DNA of 63,162 bases, counting the filler, from Hyphochytrium catenoides (Eukaryota; Protista; Hyphochytriomycota): NCBI GenBank assembly GCA_900088475.1. It is 5 parts of 5 records of this genome, joined end to end, with 100 filler letters (N's around TTAATTAATTAA, not from the genome) between each part and the next. Parts side by side here need not be neighbours in the genome. Positions count along the whole stretch, not along the records: positions 1 to 31,059 come from FLMG01003951.1; 4 more parts are not named here. One strand, 5' to 3'. Positions 1 to 12,628 of this stretch are shown one piece after another. Within the stretch, counting starts at the first letter, position 1. Each line of letters starts with the position of its first letter. Both the position numbers and the translations under genes were made by a program. The notes under the pieces were generated by a model, which saw nothing but the letters and a program-made list of their open reading frames with translations, was not told the origin of the DNA and searched no databases.

Positions 1-188
1 GTCTCCACCAGGAACCTCGGCCTTGAAGTGCGACCTGTAACGAATTGCAAGGGGGACCAGCACCCTTCTGAATAAGGTAACGGACACATCCGAAAGCAAG
101 CCAGTTTTACTGTTTTGGACCAAAAAGAGCATGAACGTAATTTCTCCCAAGTACCGCATTTATGGCCACAACGAACATACTTCGTCAT
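1..188 (-). CDS. 5' end of a spliced gene (MTKSHFKAEVPGGD...), possibly cytochrome c; runs off the window edge
   Basis: ATG at 188, 8-nt exon, GTATGT...TTACAG intron (180-35), then 34 nt in frame. The 14 aa resemble the '..EAP.GD' start of cytochrome c but are too short to assign. Confidence 0.3.
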   Translation of the reverse strand, partial: MTKYVRCGHKCGTWEKLRSCSFWSKTVKLACFRMCPLPYSEGCWSPLQFVTGRTSRPRFLVE

Positions 189-1859
189 AAATACAAGCCG
201 TCCTGCCGAAAAAGTACAACATCCATTTAGAGCAAAACTGCCAAAACGGAGGAAGGATTTAGTGGCGACACCCGGAAATAAGCAGAGAGCCCGTCCGAGG
301 TTTGGTGTTGGTATAGCATTTAGGCCCGAGGATAAGATCACTGTACTCATGGTTTGGAGCCTTTCTTGTCCCGTTTCTGCCCCAAGTTTGTAACGGACAA
401 TGATGAAGGGTTGGCGAGGAGAGAAAAGCTCAAGGCGGACCGATAGCTTTCCTACGTTCTGCCTGCCTTACAGCTAATAATAAAGTCTGACATGGGAGCT
501 TCCCAGTGTTTCGCCCAGAATCGCCCAGAACCTGGGGAGGAAGAAGCTCGCGAGGACGAAGAAGCATGCCAAGATGAGGATGGGCATCATTGTTGTTGGG
601 TAGTCTACGTAGCAGGAGGAAGAGAAGGAGGAACTTGCATACGATCTTGGCATACTACGCACGAACAAGAGTGGTGGGGCTGAAAGAATATTTGCCATCC
701 AGTGACAGCTTCTTCTAATATATTCCATTGACTCATCGGGTTTAGGATGTAGAGATAGATGTTTGTGGCTGTGTCAATTGTTCTCCTTTGTTGTCTTTGC
801 TGCAGGTTGCTCTCGTCTTCCCTCTCTCGGACAGTTTCAATTCGCAATAGAAGCCAAAAATAGTGCGGCATGATGCCGACGGCATTATTACACATTCAAA
901 AAGAACTGACGAGAACTAGCCGACGTGGGACTACGTCGCCTCTCGGACGGCTGTATCATGGCATCGCCATTTTTTGAAAGAACCATCATCGTACCAGCTG
1001 CTGTCATTATGCCATAAGAATAGTTGACGCAAAGACCATGAGATGTGATCAATGGTAGGGATGATGTTACGGATCTTTTCAGGGAGCACAGCTGCTGTTG
1101 TTGTAGAAGCATGCTTGACCGGCTCTTAACCTCACATCCCTCCTCCTTCCCCTCCAGATGAAGAAGGCTGATGATCCACCCAACCAACTCTGCCTATCAG
1201 CTACTTTGTCCTCCATAATAGTCGGCCGGGTGCAGAATAATTTTCAAACCTATTACTGTCTGCCATCAACATCTTTAGGGTTCCCAGGAACGTGGATGGA
1301 GGTGTGATGATGATCAAGGAGAAGTTGACCATCCTCCCCTCCCTCCTGGGGACTAAGAGAATTTGTCGATACTCGTTTATGTTAAGCCGTCTGACGAGAA
1401 GAAAGAGTAAGGGTAGATAGTGACGCGGAAGTGGTGGGCTCAATAGTATTTAAAAGGATGTGGCTATTATTTCCTCAGGCTGTCATTTAGGTATAAACGT
1501 AATCTACCTCTGTGAAGAATAACCTCTGCAAAGGTCTTACTTTGAGATACGAGTGGGCTAGAAGAGTGAATGAGAGGTCTGGCTGTTGAACTAGAGATTT
1601 GCTCTATACTCTGCTAAAATAAGTGTTGCTGGCAATTGTGACGACAACAGTTAGAGGTAAACTGCTGAAAGATAAGCATCGTCATCATCGCTCATGGGCA
1701 CTGCAACGTCTCAGTTGATCCAAGTCTGCATCGTCAACCACTGGGCCCTGATAGGCCCAGTAGGACGAGCAATTGGATGGTAGTAACGAAGGTGAGCGGG
1801 TTCGAGTAGGTGCCCATAGAGTTTAGTTGTAGACAGCAGATAATAGTCTTGAGGATAGG

Positions 1860-2850
1860 ACAAGTTCGAGATGAGATTGCCACAGTGCAGAATTTACATA
1901 TTGTCCTCTATGAGAACAAACAGTGAAGTTGACAGAGCCATCGTCTTTGACTGCTAACGGAATGATGTCCTCTTTCCACAGTTTTTCAATAAATAGAACT
2001 ATGTTCGTCCAAGAAGGTATTATAAACTCGTGGGGATGGTAATATATTATAGTGGGTGCACTTATGATGGCAAAAGAAGATGGTATGAGACAAACACGAG
2101 GTTCTGGTGGAGACTACCTGCTGCTGCACCGGCGCGGCATCGTGCAGCGCAACATCAAGCCGGAGAACTGCCGATCTGCGTGGGTTGTAGGGATAGCAAT
2201 CTGACTGCCAGAAGAATCAACTTCGGCAAGACTCGGTTCATTCCGGCTGATCCCATGACAATCATTGAGGGAGATCCTGAGGCTGGTGCCAGATAGTGAC
2301 CATCCGGCCTACTACTACCAAAAGTAAATCCTGTATGGCTGAGACATCTATCTGTTTGAGTGGTCAAGGTCGACACTTCGACGCCATTTGGGCTGGATAC
2401 CTATTATCCGCCCATCCCAAGGAGGAGCTCCAACTCGAGCAACAAGCCGACGATCTCGTATCCCTGATCCAGTCCATGTGGAACCCCGACGCGTCTCTTC
2501 TGCGCTCAACGAAACAGGTCCTCAGAAGTGAATTGATGCAATAGAGCATAGTACACAAGAAAAGGAGGATGCTTGAATGGATCTCCTTCTGCTTCTTGCT
2601 TGATTCTCACCTGTCGATGACAATGCATAGAGCTAATAGCAAAGACGAAGATTAGGTGATGTGAATTACTTGCTCCACAGCATGCATGCCGAAGTTGTTG
2701 CTCCTGATGATCTCGTCGGCCAATCTAAGGATGCGTTCCAAGTACGTACTTCTGATATTATTAGAAAGGAACCTACACTCACCCTCAGAATGCAACACAA
2801 CGGTGATGGTGGGATGATCACGAAGACAGGATTCTTGATGCCTGACAGAT
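1860..2850 (+). pseudogene. Decayed Ser/Thr kinase, probably CDPK-like (kinase plus EF-hand remnant)
   Basis: Fragments in shifting frames: VRDEIATVQNLHIVLYEN (alphaC-like), LHRRGIVQRNIKPEN (catalytic loop, ~2124-2168), INFGKTRF (DFG motif, ~2216-2239), KDAFQ..HNGDGGMITKTGF (EF-hand-like, ~2727-2835). Stops and frameshifts lie between them. Confidence 0.65.
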
Positions 2851-4331
2851 GATGTACATCCGAGCCCCCAACCGCTTCCGAAGACCCAACAACTGTTCGA
2901 CAGTTCTCATCAGACCTTTTGGATTCCCTGCCTTGGCCTCCAATGTCCCCATGTCCGAACCGCAGATCAACATGGCGGTAGAACTACCACGGCATTGCAC
3001 TGAATCACTGGGAATAAAAAGACAGAACCGGAGTTCATCCCACAACCAAGCTTTGTTGTCAATGCAACCAAGCAAATCTGGTCGCTGGATACCTCCAGAG
3101 GGTTCTAGGAGCCTTTCCTAGGAACATTTAGGCAGGAGGCGCTACTTCCACTCTTTCTTACCTTCAAAGGCTTCATTACGAGTACTACGTTTTACTGGAT
3201 TGTTCGTGTGGTCAACATTCGCCAAAATCTGTTGTGCTTGAAACAGAATCAATTTCTTTATTATAGCAAAGCATAAATTCTTATTCCATTCTAAACCTGA
3301 GTCTGCTATTAGCTTAAAAGTTGTAGGTCTTGCTTTAGTTTTATACCACTTTTATTGGGCTTTTATTCTGTGAAGAAGGATTCTATGTAAAAATGATGTA
3401 CAGGTTGAGGTGGAACTGTGTCCTTTCAGAGTGCGAAGTGCGAAGTCATACTTTTCGCCTGGAAGTTCTGTGTTTGGCTGCATCTTGACGAGGAACGGAG
3501 GAAGATGATCCGTAGCATCATCACTGCTAGGTCAATGGTGCTCATCATGGCTTATGGGCAGGAGAGGGACTGCATACTACGAGCTACAGAGTAGCATCGT
3601 CCAGCATAATCGTATAGAGCTCACACGGAGATAGTTCCAAGCAAGGGTCAACTGTTGGATGGCCGCAAGGGATCATCTGTCAGTGGATTTCTTTGTTGAC
3701 CAGGTAAGAAGTGAATCCATAATAATCCTATTTACTTTCATCGTTATGCGGTCAATCATGGAGCAGACTGCCAGACTGAAGAAACAAGCGAAGTAGTTCC
3801 TAGGGCCACAAGTAAGAGAAAGAAAAATAGAACAAAGGCCACTGGCTCCCATGTTCTTTGCCAGAACGTGGCCAGGAACGCCAAAGCAGCCCGTCTAAGT
3901 GGACGCCAGTTGTCCTAGCTTTATTATACTAGACTGGGTGACGACTCATAAGCAGCTCAAATTCACTTGATGGTTTAGTGCAAGGGCCTGGTAATAGCAG
4001 GTGATAGTGCGAGCCATAGGACGCCAAGAGGGGTCGAGTATTCAATAGATGCAAACCAGTCTTCTTGATTCTTCGTTCCTTCTTTCAGATGAAAGGATTA
4101 TTGACCCAACTCTTGTTGCTCCTCACTCCTCACTAGCGCTTCACCAGCGACATAGAGGTCCAAATGCTATACTTTCGCAGAGACTCGTCTCTAGGTCTTG
4201 AGGTGAAAGCAAAGAAGGGAGAAAAAGACAACACCCATCAGCATTCGCCCAGAGAGTCATTTCTAAACTTTCTCAAGATAGTAGAACCTTTTATCCTCCT
4301 CAAGCGAAGACAAATATTGACAAACAAACTA

Positions 4332-4709
4332 ATGATGCCCGCGACAGCATCAAGATTGAGGTTGCGACAGAACAGGCACAAAGATCTCGCAAGGCAAATC
4401 CAGAGGGATTTTCCCGAGTTCTGCCAGTCGGTGGCTAGTGGGGAGTTTACCTTGGCCAGGAATTATATCAAGGACGCAATGCAGTCCGGGACAGGAAGCG
4501 TGGACTCTAAAAAGGCACTGATATCTATGAAGCTAGCCCAATGCTATCCCACATTTTGGAGGGCGCTTTGCAGCGGCCAAGTTAATCTTGTCTACCAGCT
4601 TATGGAGAACTCCTTGAGCAATGAAACGGAGGACACCGAAGATAGGGACGACTCTCACTTCCAGCGAAGTCTACCAAGGGCTGAGATGGCAAACTCTTGT
4701 CGAAGCTGA
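4332..4709 (+). CDS. Single-exon hypothetical protein (~125 aa) with two internal helical repeats
   Basis: ATG at 4332 in an A-rich context (ACAAACAAACTAATG). Repeat pair FPEFCQSVASGEFTLARNYI / YPTFWRALCSGQVNLVYQLM. Confidence 0.5.
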   Translation: MMPATASRLRLRQNRHKDLARQIQRDFPEFCQSVASGEFTLARNYIKDAMQSGTGSVDSKKALISMKLAQCYPTFWRALCSGQVNLVYQLMENSLSNETEDTEDRDDSHFQRSLPRAEMANSCRS

Positions 4710-4879
4710 TCTGCCAAGGGGAACCTTAAGCGTGTAGCGCACTACTCAACCACTCCTTCCTATTTATTAGCTGCAGTATGCATTGCTGGCATTTACGCGG
4801 TTAGCTTATTAATGAGTTGCTTAGCCAGTAATAGAGCATTGGACATTGTACCATAATAAAGTATTAAGCTGCCTCTTCC

Positions 4880-5860
4880 TTATCGAGCTCCTAGACAGCC
4901 TCTGCCTCCATCAATGCTGATGCATTCTCCCGTTAAGAAAAGTGCCTGCAAAAAAGAGAGATATTACCAATGACAAGAGCTCCATTTTAAGCAGCTTGCA
5001 GTGCTGCCTTTACCTTGTCACTAGCCAGAAAGGCGATAAGGTTCGCGACCTCCTCAGGTTTGCCCACCCTTCCTAGGGCCTGAGCAATGGGATGGCAGGT
5101 GCTTATAGATCTGTCAATGAAACCCTGATACGTTTCCTCTGACATGCCGCCTCTCCTATGCAGCTCCGTGGCAATGACACCTGGGTTTACGGCGTTCACC
5201 CTTATACCGAATGGAGCGAGGTCTACAGCAGCGCAACGTGTGAACATATCGACGGCAGCCTTGGATGCACAGTAAGTTGCTACGCCGCCAAAAGATTGCT
5301 TCCCGTTAACGCTGCTGATATTTATAATGGCAGGCCCAGCCGCTGTTCCAGCCGCCTTTAGGTGAGGGATACATTGCACCATAACCTCAAAGACGGATCG
5401 AGTGTTGGCATTGAAGATCTTATTGTACTGTTCTAGATTGCAGGCATCAGAGCCAAAGGCGCCTCCCTAGACGGACCATGGGTGTTAGTTGACCCTGTGC
5501 CCCATGAGCTTCTTAGAACGCCTCACCTGCAAGATGCCGGCGCAGTTAACCACCGTAGTTAGTCCATCTAGTTTCGCTGCCGCTTCCTTAACCACGGCCT
5601 CAGCCTGTCCCTCCACCTCCAGGTCAGCTTGAAAGGTCAAGCAGTTGATCTCCTCTTTCAAGGCTCTCAAAGCCTCTGCGTTTCTTCCTGTTGCGAGGAC
5701 CTAATGGGGGTGATAAAGCTCTCGTTAGGCAGGGCAAGATCTTTTCATATGCTGACAATTGTGGAGGCACCTGGGCGCCTTCCTTTGCAAACAGTTTGGC
5801 GGTAGCCTTGCCAATGCCAGACGTGGCTCCTGTTATCAGGCACTTTTTGCCAGCCAACAT
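4880..5860 (-). CDS. Short-chain dehydrogenase/reductase (classical SDR, FabG-like), 4 exons
   Basis: TGATSGIG nucleotide-binding motif, VNCAG, NISS, YCASK catalytic motif, VNPG and C-terminal TGECISIDGG. Three ~60-70 nt GT-AG introns restore the frame. Confidence 0.93.
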
Positions 5861-6863
5861 AGTACCTGTCACTGAGCCTAGAGGCAATGAATCACGTCTG
5901 TTAAGTCTGATCAAGCAGTCAGAGCAGCAGTTGTGCTGTTGGTCGGGACGGGGGCTCCGGAGATGATGAGTGACCTTATTATGCAATGGCTAAGCCGTAG
6001 TAAGCCTATTGCTTGATGTGGAGCACCTCGATGGAACTTGACGAACTCATTGTCGTTTACTGACGGATCCTGGCTTCTGATCCCAAGGAAACATTTCCAA
6101 TGAAAGGAAGGTTGGTCAAGATTCCGCCTCTATATATAACAACAGTTCAGGTTGAAAGATTCGCGCGTTGCGCCTCGAAAGGATTCAATCGGAAAGATGA
6201 AGTTTGATAAGAGGAAACCAAACCAAGAGAAGGCACAGCTTTTCCTTAGTAGGAGCCCTTGCACCTCGAGGGTGAGAATGCGCTGAGAGGTTGGCATGGC
6301 CGCCTTCCTCTCCGAAGATGATAGCCGTGAGGAAAATGGGAGTCGGGCCTTTCTATAGTTCAAGGGTAGAGCTACACCACGATCTTTGAGGTAGAGAGCT
6401 AGAGGAGTAGTCCAAGTCCTAAGGGCATCTCGACGACTTGCTGCGCTGCTGCCTCATATATACTAATACCTGGAATATGCATCCAATTCTCACCCTGGTA
6501 AGCCAACTATCAGCATCTCCGCCTTCGACATCGACAACACTCTTCCCAGACTCAGTCGAAGGTAACGACTGCATGCGGACCCTGATCTCATGCGACCACG
6601 CCAATGCCCATTGATAGCATTATATCTTACTCCTAGCAACCTGGGACTGTCACAAGATATGGGCTTCCGGACATGTCGCCTTGGCTTTAGCATAGCCTTT
6701 CCCTAGAACACTCACTTTATGCACCTACGTAAGGTGCTAAAAATAATAAGAGAACGACTAGGCGGGACCCACTATCCTTTGACTATTGACGCCAGCTTGT
6801 GTTTCTACTCGTGTCTCCCGCGGAGTAACTTCATCAAGAACAAAGATGTGCTCAGTGGAGATC

Positions 6864-7953
6864 CTAAAGGGAACCACCCTCGCTCTTGATCCTTTCCACC
6901 TAGTATTGACGCAAAGGGAGTTAGGTAACAGAGATGCGGAGGTTCGAGAGATTTATCCTCACATCAAGATAAGCAGTGCCAAATGGGAGAAACTCGTCGG
7001 CATGAATTTTTGCTAAGCCTTGGTAATCCGTTGCCTGCTGCTCTACCGTCGGCTCCTACGGATCCCAACAAGGTCAGCGTTATATGCTTCATCATTCCAG
7101 AATGACCAACACTTACATCATCTGGATCCAGCTCGCGCATAAAGCTAGCGGGGTTTCCTCCCCAAAGCTAGTATTAGAGCAGATCTGTTAGAGCTCGATT
7201 GCGGCCCATATCGGGTAGAGCTTCAGTTCTTACCTGGAAGGCAGGAATGCGCTGCCCAGGGAGAACGACACTGCCTGCTGCAATCTGTGCGCCTCGTTCA
7301 ATGAAAGCCCCGTCCATAATGACAGAGCCCATGCCGATAATGACATGGTCCTGGATAACACAGGACATCAAGGTACAAGAATGACCTACAGAGTTATACA
7401 TCAGGTCTTCCAAGAGAGCCAAAAAGGACATAGCTTTAGCTCGTATGACCTATCGTCACATAGCTTCCAATTTTTGTGCTTGTGGGGAATCCTGTCTCTG
7501 ATGACCTGGCAGTACCGACTACCGTGTTGTCTTGCACGTTGGTGAAGTGAGCAATCTCAACGGAGTTCTCGTCACCTACATAAAGAGACAAGGCTTAGCT
7601 TGATTGAAAAGGATGAACGCAGACGCAGTGATTACCTCTGATGACGACATTGTACCAAACGGAGCTATTGTGACCAATGAGGACGTCACCAATGACAGTG
7701 GCGTTAGGAGCTACCCAAGCGTCATGGACAACACCTGGTCTTTTGTCTAGGATATTCATAATCTGCCGATGGCGGGAGACTATACCATTCTGGATTAGCG
7801 AGCGGTAGAGTTATTGACAATAGAGATCATAGGGGACGCACATTTTTCCTGATAGAAATTTTCGCCAGCCGCGCGCAGCCCTGCCCGATCAAGGGCCTGT
7901 CCGGTTTCCCGGAGGGCTCTCCCCAGCTGAACTCTGAACCTGGAAAGTACCAT
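6864..7953 (-). CDS. Mitochondrial gamma-carbonic anhydrase-like subunit of complex I
   Basis: Spliced product MVLSRFRVQLGRALRETGQALDRAG...SRHRQIM...WVAPNATVIGDV.IG..SSVWYNVVIRGD...NVQDNT...IGH..L..C.I...V.IGMGS..MDGA...LWGGNPASFMREL. Hexapeptide repeats plus the typical GRALRETGQALDR N-terminus. Confidence 0.92.
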
Positions 7954-8988
7954 GTTTCAATGCGAATAAGCAGCCAGGCCGCCTGCGTCACTTTAAGGTC
8001 TGCAGAGTCAGTGGTGAAGCGAAGATCTGCAGACTTTTGCAGACTCCAATCAGAGAGCTTTATAGAAGTGCGGACAGAGCTTTTTGACCCCGATGAATGA
8101 TGTCTAGGGCACTTCCCTTCTCCGCATATACGAATCACAGTATCCATAGAATTTGTTCCTCAGAGTCAATTCCCGATAGCTCCCTGGCAACGCTTTTGCG
8201 GACTAGTTGAAATGCAGTCATTGGCAGAGGGGTGACCTCCGGCTACAGGATAGGTGAGGTCGTTCCCTCCATCTATAGAGGCAGTGCTTAACCTCTGCAC
8301 CCTAAGGTATTGAAGCTTTGCCCGGATGGCGGTTAGCGGCTCTGTCTTTATCTCCCTATCTTGATGATGAATTTTTGTCGGATTTTCACGGATATTTGTT
8401 CCACCGATAGCATCTCATGATTGATCTCAATGTTCCTTGTCCAGTACAAGCTCCAAGAAACTCTTAATAATGTGACCGTCCTCGTTCATTTACATTCCTC
8501 TTCTTCCATGTACTTCTATTTGATGCAATTATATGAAGATTTATCTCAGATCGTGCGTCAGATATGCTGTTCTAGATAATCTCTTTACCCGCATGCTCCA
8601 CGACCAATGTGTAGACAAGGAGTGGAAGTCCTGCCCAAGAATTTCATTAACGTCTGACAAAGGGCCCAACTTTATAGAACAAGCTTCACGGCACCCTTGT
8701 TGCATTATCCCCCACTCTCCGTGGTTAGGTTTGAAGCTTGGCCAAGCTCAATAGTCTCATCCATTAGAGCAGAGACAAACGATCTATATTAGTACATTAT
8801 TGATGGTGTGACGAGACACACCCTGCTAATCTCAGGCGATATCGCTACATCCTCTTCTTTAACCGGGATCGGTTGTCCTACTACAGCCATAGGTGGCCAA
8901 AGTCAGTATTACTAAGCAAGAGGAAGGCTAGAAGAACATATACCATGGCGTGATGTGTTCTTAGGGGGAGCTCATCGTCGCAACCATA

Positions 8989-9614
<626 letters not shown>

Positions 9615-10833
9615 GTTTGTGTGCTCGGTCGACTTGCGCCCTCTGTCCTTCGGATATTGAATAGAGCAGAGTCACCTATTCTATTACCGGGTTACAGAAA
9701 GAGATCTGACCGGAGAATGGATCTCGATTGACTGCCTGAAAGTACGAAGAGAGGTGCACTATCAACGTCTCCTGCTGACCTCTACCCTTCTTCGCGCAGC
9801 TCCCTGATCAAGAACCCACGAGAGAAGAGCTGGAAAGCAAGCAAGTAGACAGGCAGAAGTGCTGCTGATGCTGGTGATGTGAGCGGCTACGAGGCTACAG
9901 ATAATAGACCGGTGTGTTGAAGGGAACAGCAGACAAAACATGAGAGAAAATCGAACGCTCAGTTCAGATCAACAGCCGTTGCGCTGCACTAGCCATTGAG
10001 TTTAGCCGCCTAATATTACTTAGGGGTTACGGAACAGCCCCCACCCATCTGGGCTGGTCTGATTTGACGTTTGTAGTAGTAAATGTTCGAAACCTCCTCA
10101 AGGATACAAGACACCTCGAAGGGTAAGCTAAAGCCGCCCACCCACCCCCGGTTTGAAATGAGCAAATGAGAGGAGAGAGAAACAGCAGCGAGACAGAGCA
10201 TGAGAGAGATATGAAATGCCCGTTATAGAACTAGCAATTCGGCATCGATAGGGGGAGAAAGACATCTGGCAAGCGGTGAGGTAGTAGAAGACAGAGGTGG
10301 ACGCAGATGGTAGGCCTTGAATGACTTCATAGAAAGAGATGCACTGAACGAGTGAGGTGACAGCCAGCGGCAGGAAGAAGAGCAATTCTAGCTGATTGAC
10401 GAGGAAAGAAGAGAAGAATAGAGAAGATAGAACTACTTATAAAGAGATGCGACCACGGAGGCGCATGAGCAGTGAGCTGAAGAGCTCACAGGCCATAGCT
10501 CTACCCTGGGGGAAAGCTCTGCTCCTGGGTCTCTTCGAGTTTCTATAGTTCTCTTGAACGTCATTGCCTGCTGTGACATGCACAGGTGATGGCTGGCACA
10601 ACGCCTTCTTCACCCAATTGATCTTGTCACCATCACATGGGCAGGGCCTTAACTAATGAGGATTACAGTCTCTCGCCTTTCTATTGTTAGGACCTGCAAG
10701 GGCGTGAAGCGCTTATGGTAGAACTCCCGTAGGCAACGTACGCGTAGGCTCCTTAGCCGTTCGAACCACGATCTCATAAATAGATAACAATAGCCAGCAG
10801 CCTAGACCATGATGGCAGGTGCTGGACGACGGA

Positions 10834-11838
10834 TCATGTGCTCGAGTTTTGTAACTGACTAGAGATTCTGTTGCTAACCAGTCCTTGCACGCTTGCCTTC
10901 CCAGATACATTGCCAATAGCCGCAGATCCTCTGTCTGAATAACCGTGTTTCTCTAGTCCTCGAGTCATCACGTTGAAGACTACTTTCACCACTCCGTACG
11001 ACCGAACGCGGGTTACTGCACGGAAAAGATCGTGTGTTGTTAGCATGGGAAGGGTAATGCGCATGAGATGAGACGGACCTTCTCTCCCTTCATTCTGTGC
11101 AATAAACTTAGCGTCATAAAACTCAGGCTTCGAACCGAAAAGCGTTCCAAGTAACTCTTGGATGCCAGACGACGAACAAGGGGCAAAGAGCCGGATATAG
11201 CGTACGTAATTTCCAGGCTGAGTAGGAACATGCACGGAACCGTAACCCTTGACAACGTCCCGTCCAAAAGCATCCAGTCCATAGACCTGCACCGTCTAGA
11301 TTAGACATCGAAGACGGAGTGGTTTCGTTTCAGTGCAAGAACGGGCGCCTTACGCTAAGAACCAGCCGTGGCCAGCCATGAGGGTTAGTGCTCTTGAAGG
11401 TCACATCCATAGGAAAGTTCCAGACAAGCGCTCGATCAAGCTCGGCTGTACTGGTCCTTGACATTTGAGTCAGTCCCATCTCGACTCCCTACGCCCAACA
11501 GGCAAAGGAAGCACATACGCCGTCAAGGGAAATCTCAGGAAGATATTCGGCACGCCGACTTACGTTGATGACCCGCCAGTCATGGCCGTATGAGAAGGCG
11601 TAACGGCAGTAAACTTCCTCGATAGTGAGGAACTACGCAGCCATTTATGATTAATTCCTGCCTCATGATTTTCCTTAACGAGACAACTCACCTGCGCAGA
11701 CTCTATGTGGCCAGCAACCATCACGTGGAAGCCAGAGAGCCGGGTTGTCTCGCCACTCGGCTCATCCTTAACCTCCGCGGGATCCCCCGCAGACAGCTTG
11801 GATTTCATCAGCTTTTTGGTAATGGCTTCTAGAGACAT
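10834..11838 (-). CDS. B9D1: B9 domain-containing protein 1 (ciliary transition zone, MKS module)
   Basis: Spliced: [13 protein letters not shown]/..[13 protein letters not shown]../[10 protein letters not shown]...[40 protein letters not shown]...[30 protein letters not shown]. Confidence 0.92.
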
Positions 11839-12628
11839 GGGCCACTATGCTGTGCTGCGCCTCCTTTTAAACAACCTGTGGTCCACTGCTAGGAAGGAAG
11901 TTCAAGCTCCGCTGTCAGAGATGCCGAGAAAGCCGATGTCCTATGTTACTATAGCTTAGCTTACGCCGTGTCGGCTGTTGACCAGTGACACTGGCTGTGG
12001 CTGTCTGTGTCGCTTCGCTTGCCCCGCTCTAGCCTTCAACTATCTTCTTGTACGGGGAAGAAGAAGAAGAAGAAGAGAGAAGGAAGGGAAGTGCCGTTAC
12101 ATCTTCATCCCCAACTCTACTATCATTCTTGCCCCCTCCGCCAATAAAAGCCGCTAACGTTCCGGAGCCGCTAGGGGCTAACGGCGATCTCTGTGGAGAC
12201 TTGAGGAAGCTTCGTCACAGTCTCCACAACCAAAGGACATAGGGAAATCGGCCATCAGTGTGCGCCAGCACTGAGCCTTAGCCCTTGGCCCTTGTTAGCT
12301 CAAGCCAGTGGAGAAGACAAGGAAGGCAAGCTAGCGTAGGGCCCCAGCTTTCTATATAAGGAGAGAAGTGGCGACGGGCACTTGTTTGTCGTCTGGGCGT
12401 TGCTTGCTAACCTGAGCGCAACCCTCAGGAGCTGTTTTCGCAGGCAAGGAAGAGGGCGAAGAGCGTGAATCTGGCTGGAAGCGGCCATTCCGCAGGAGCC
12501 ACGCTATACTTTTTACCCCCAGAACCTATTTGAAGGCGGGTCTGGGGTCGCTCAGGATTAGTCCTTCTCCATCCCGGAGGCTTTCTGTCTAAGTGCCGTT
12601 GCTCCTCCAGGAAGGCATTACGGAAAGC

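Noticed and set aside
490-3900. Faint similarity between ~490-720 and ~3490-3880, suggesting terminal repeats around the kinase pseudogene
   Set aside because: Only short scattered matches with inconsistent block order. A real alignment would be needed.
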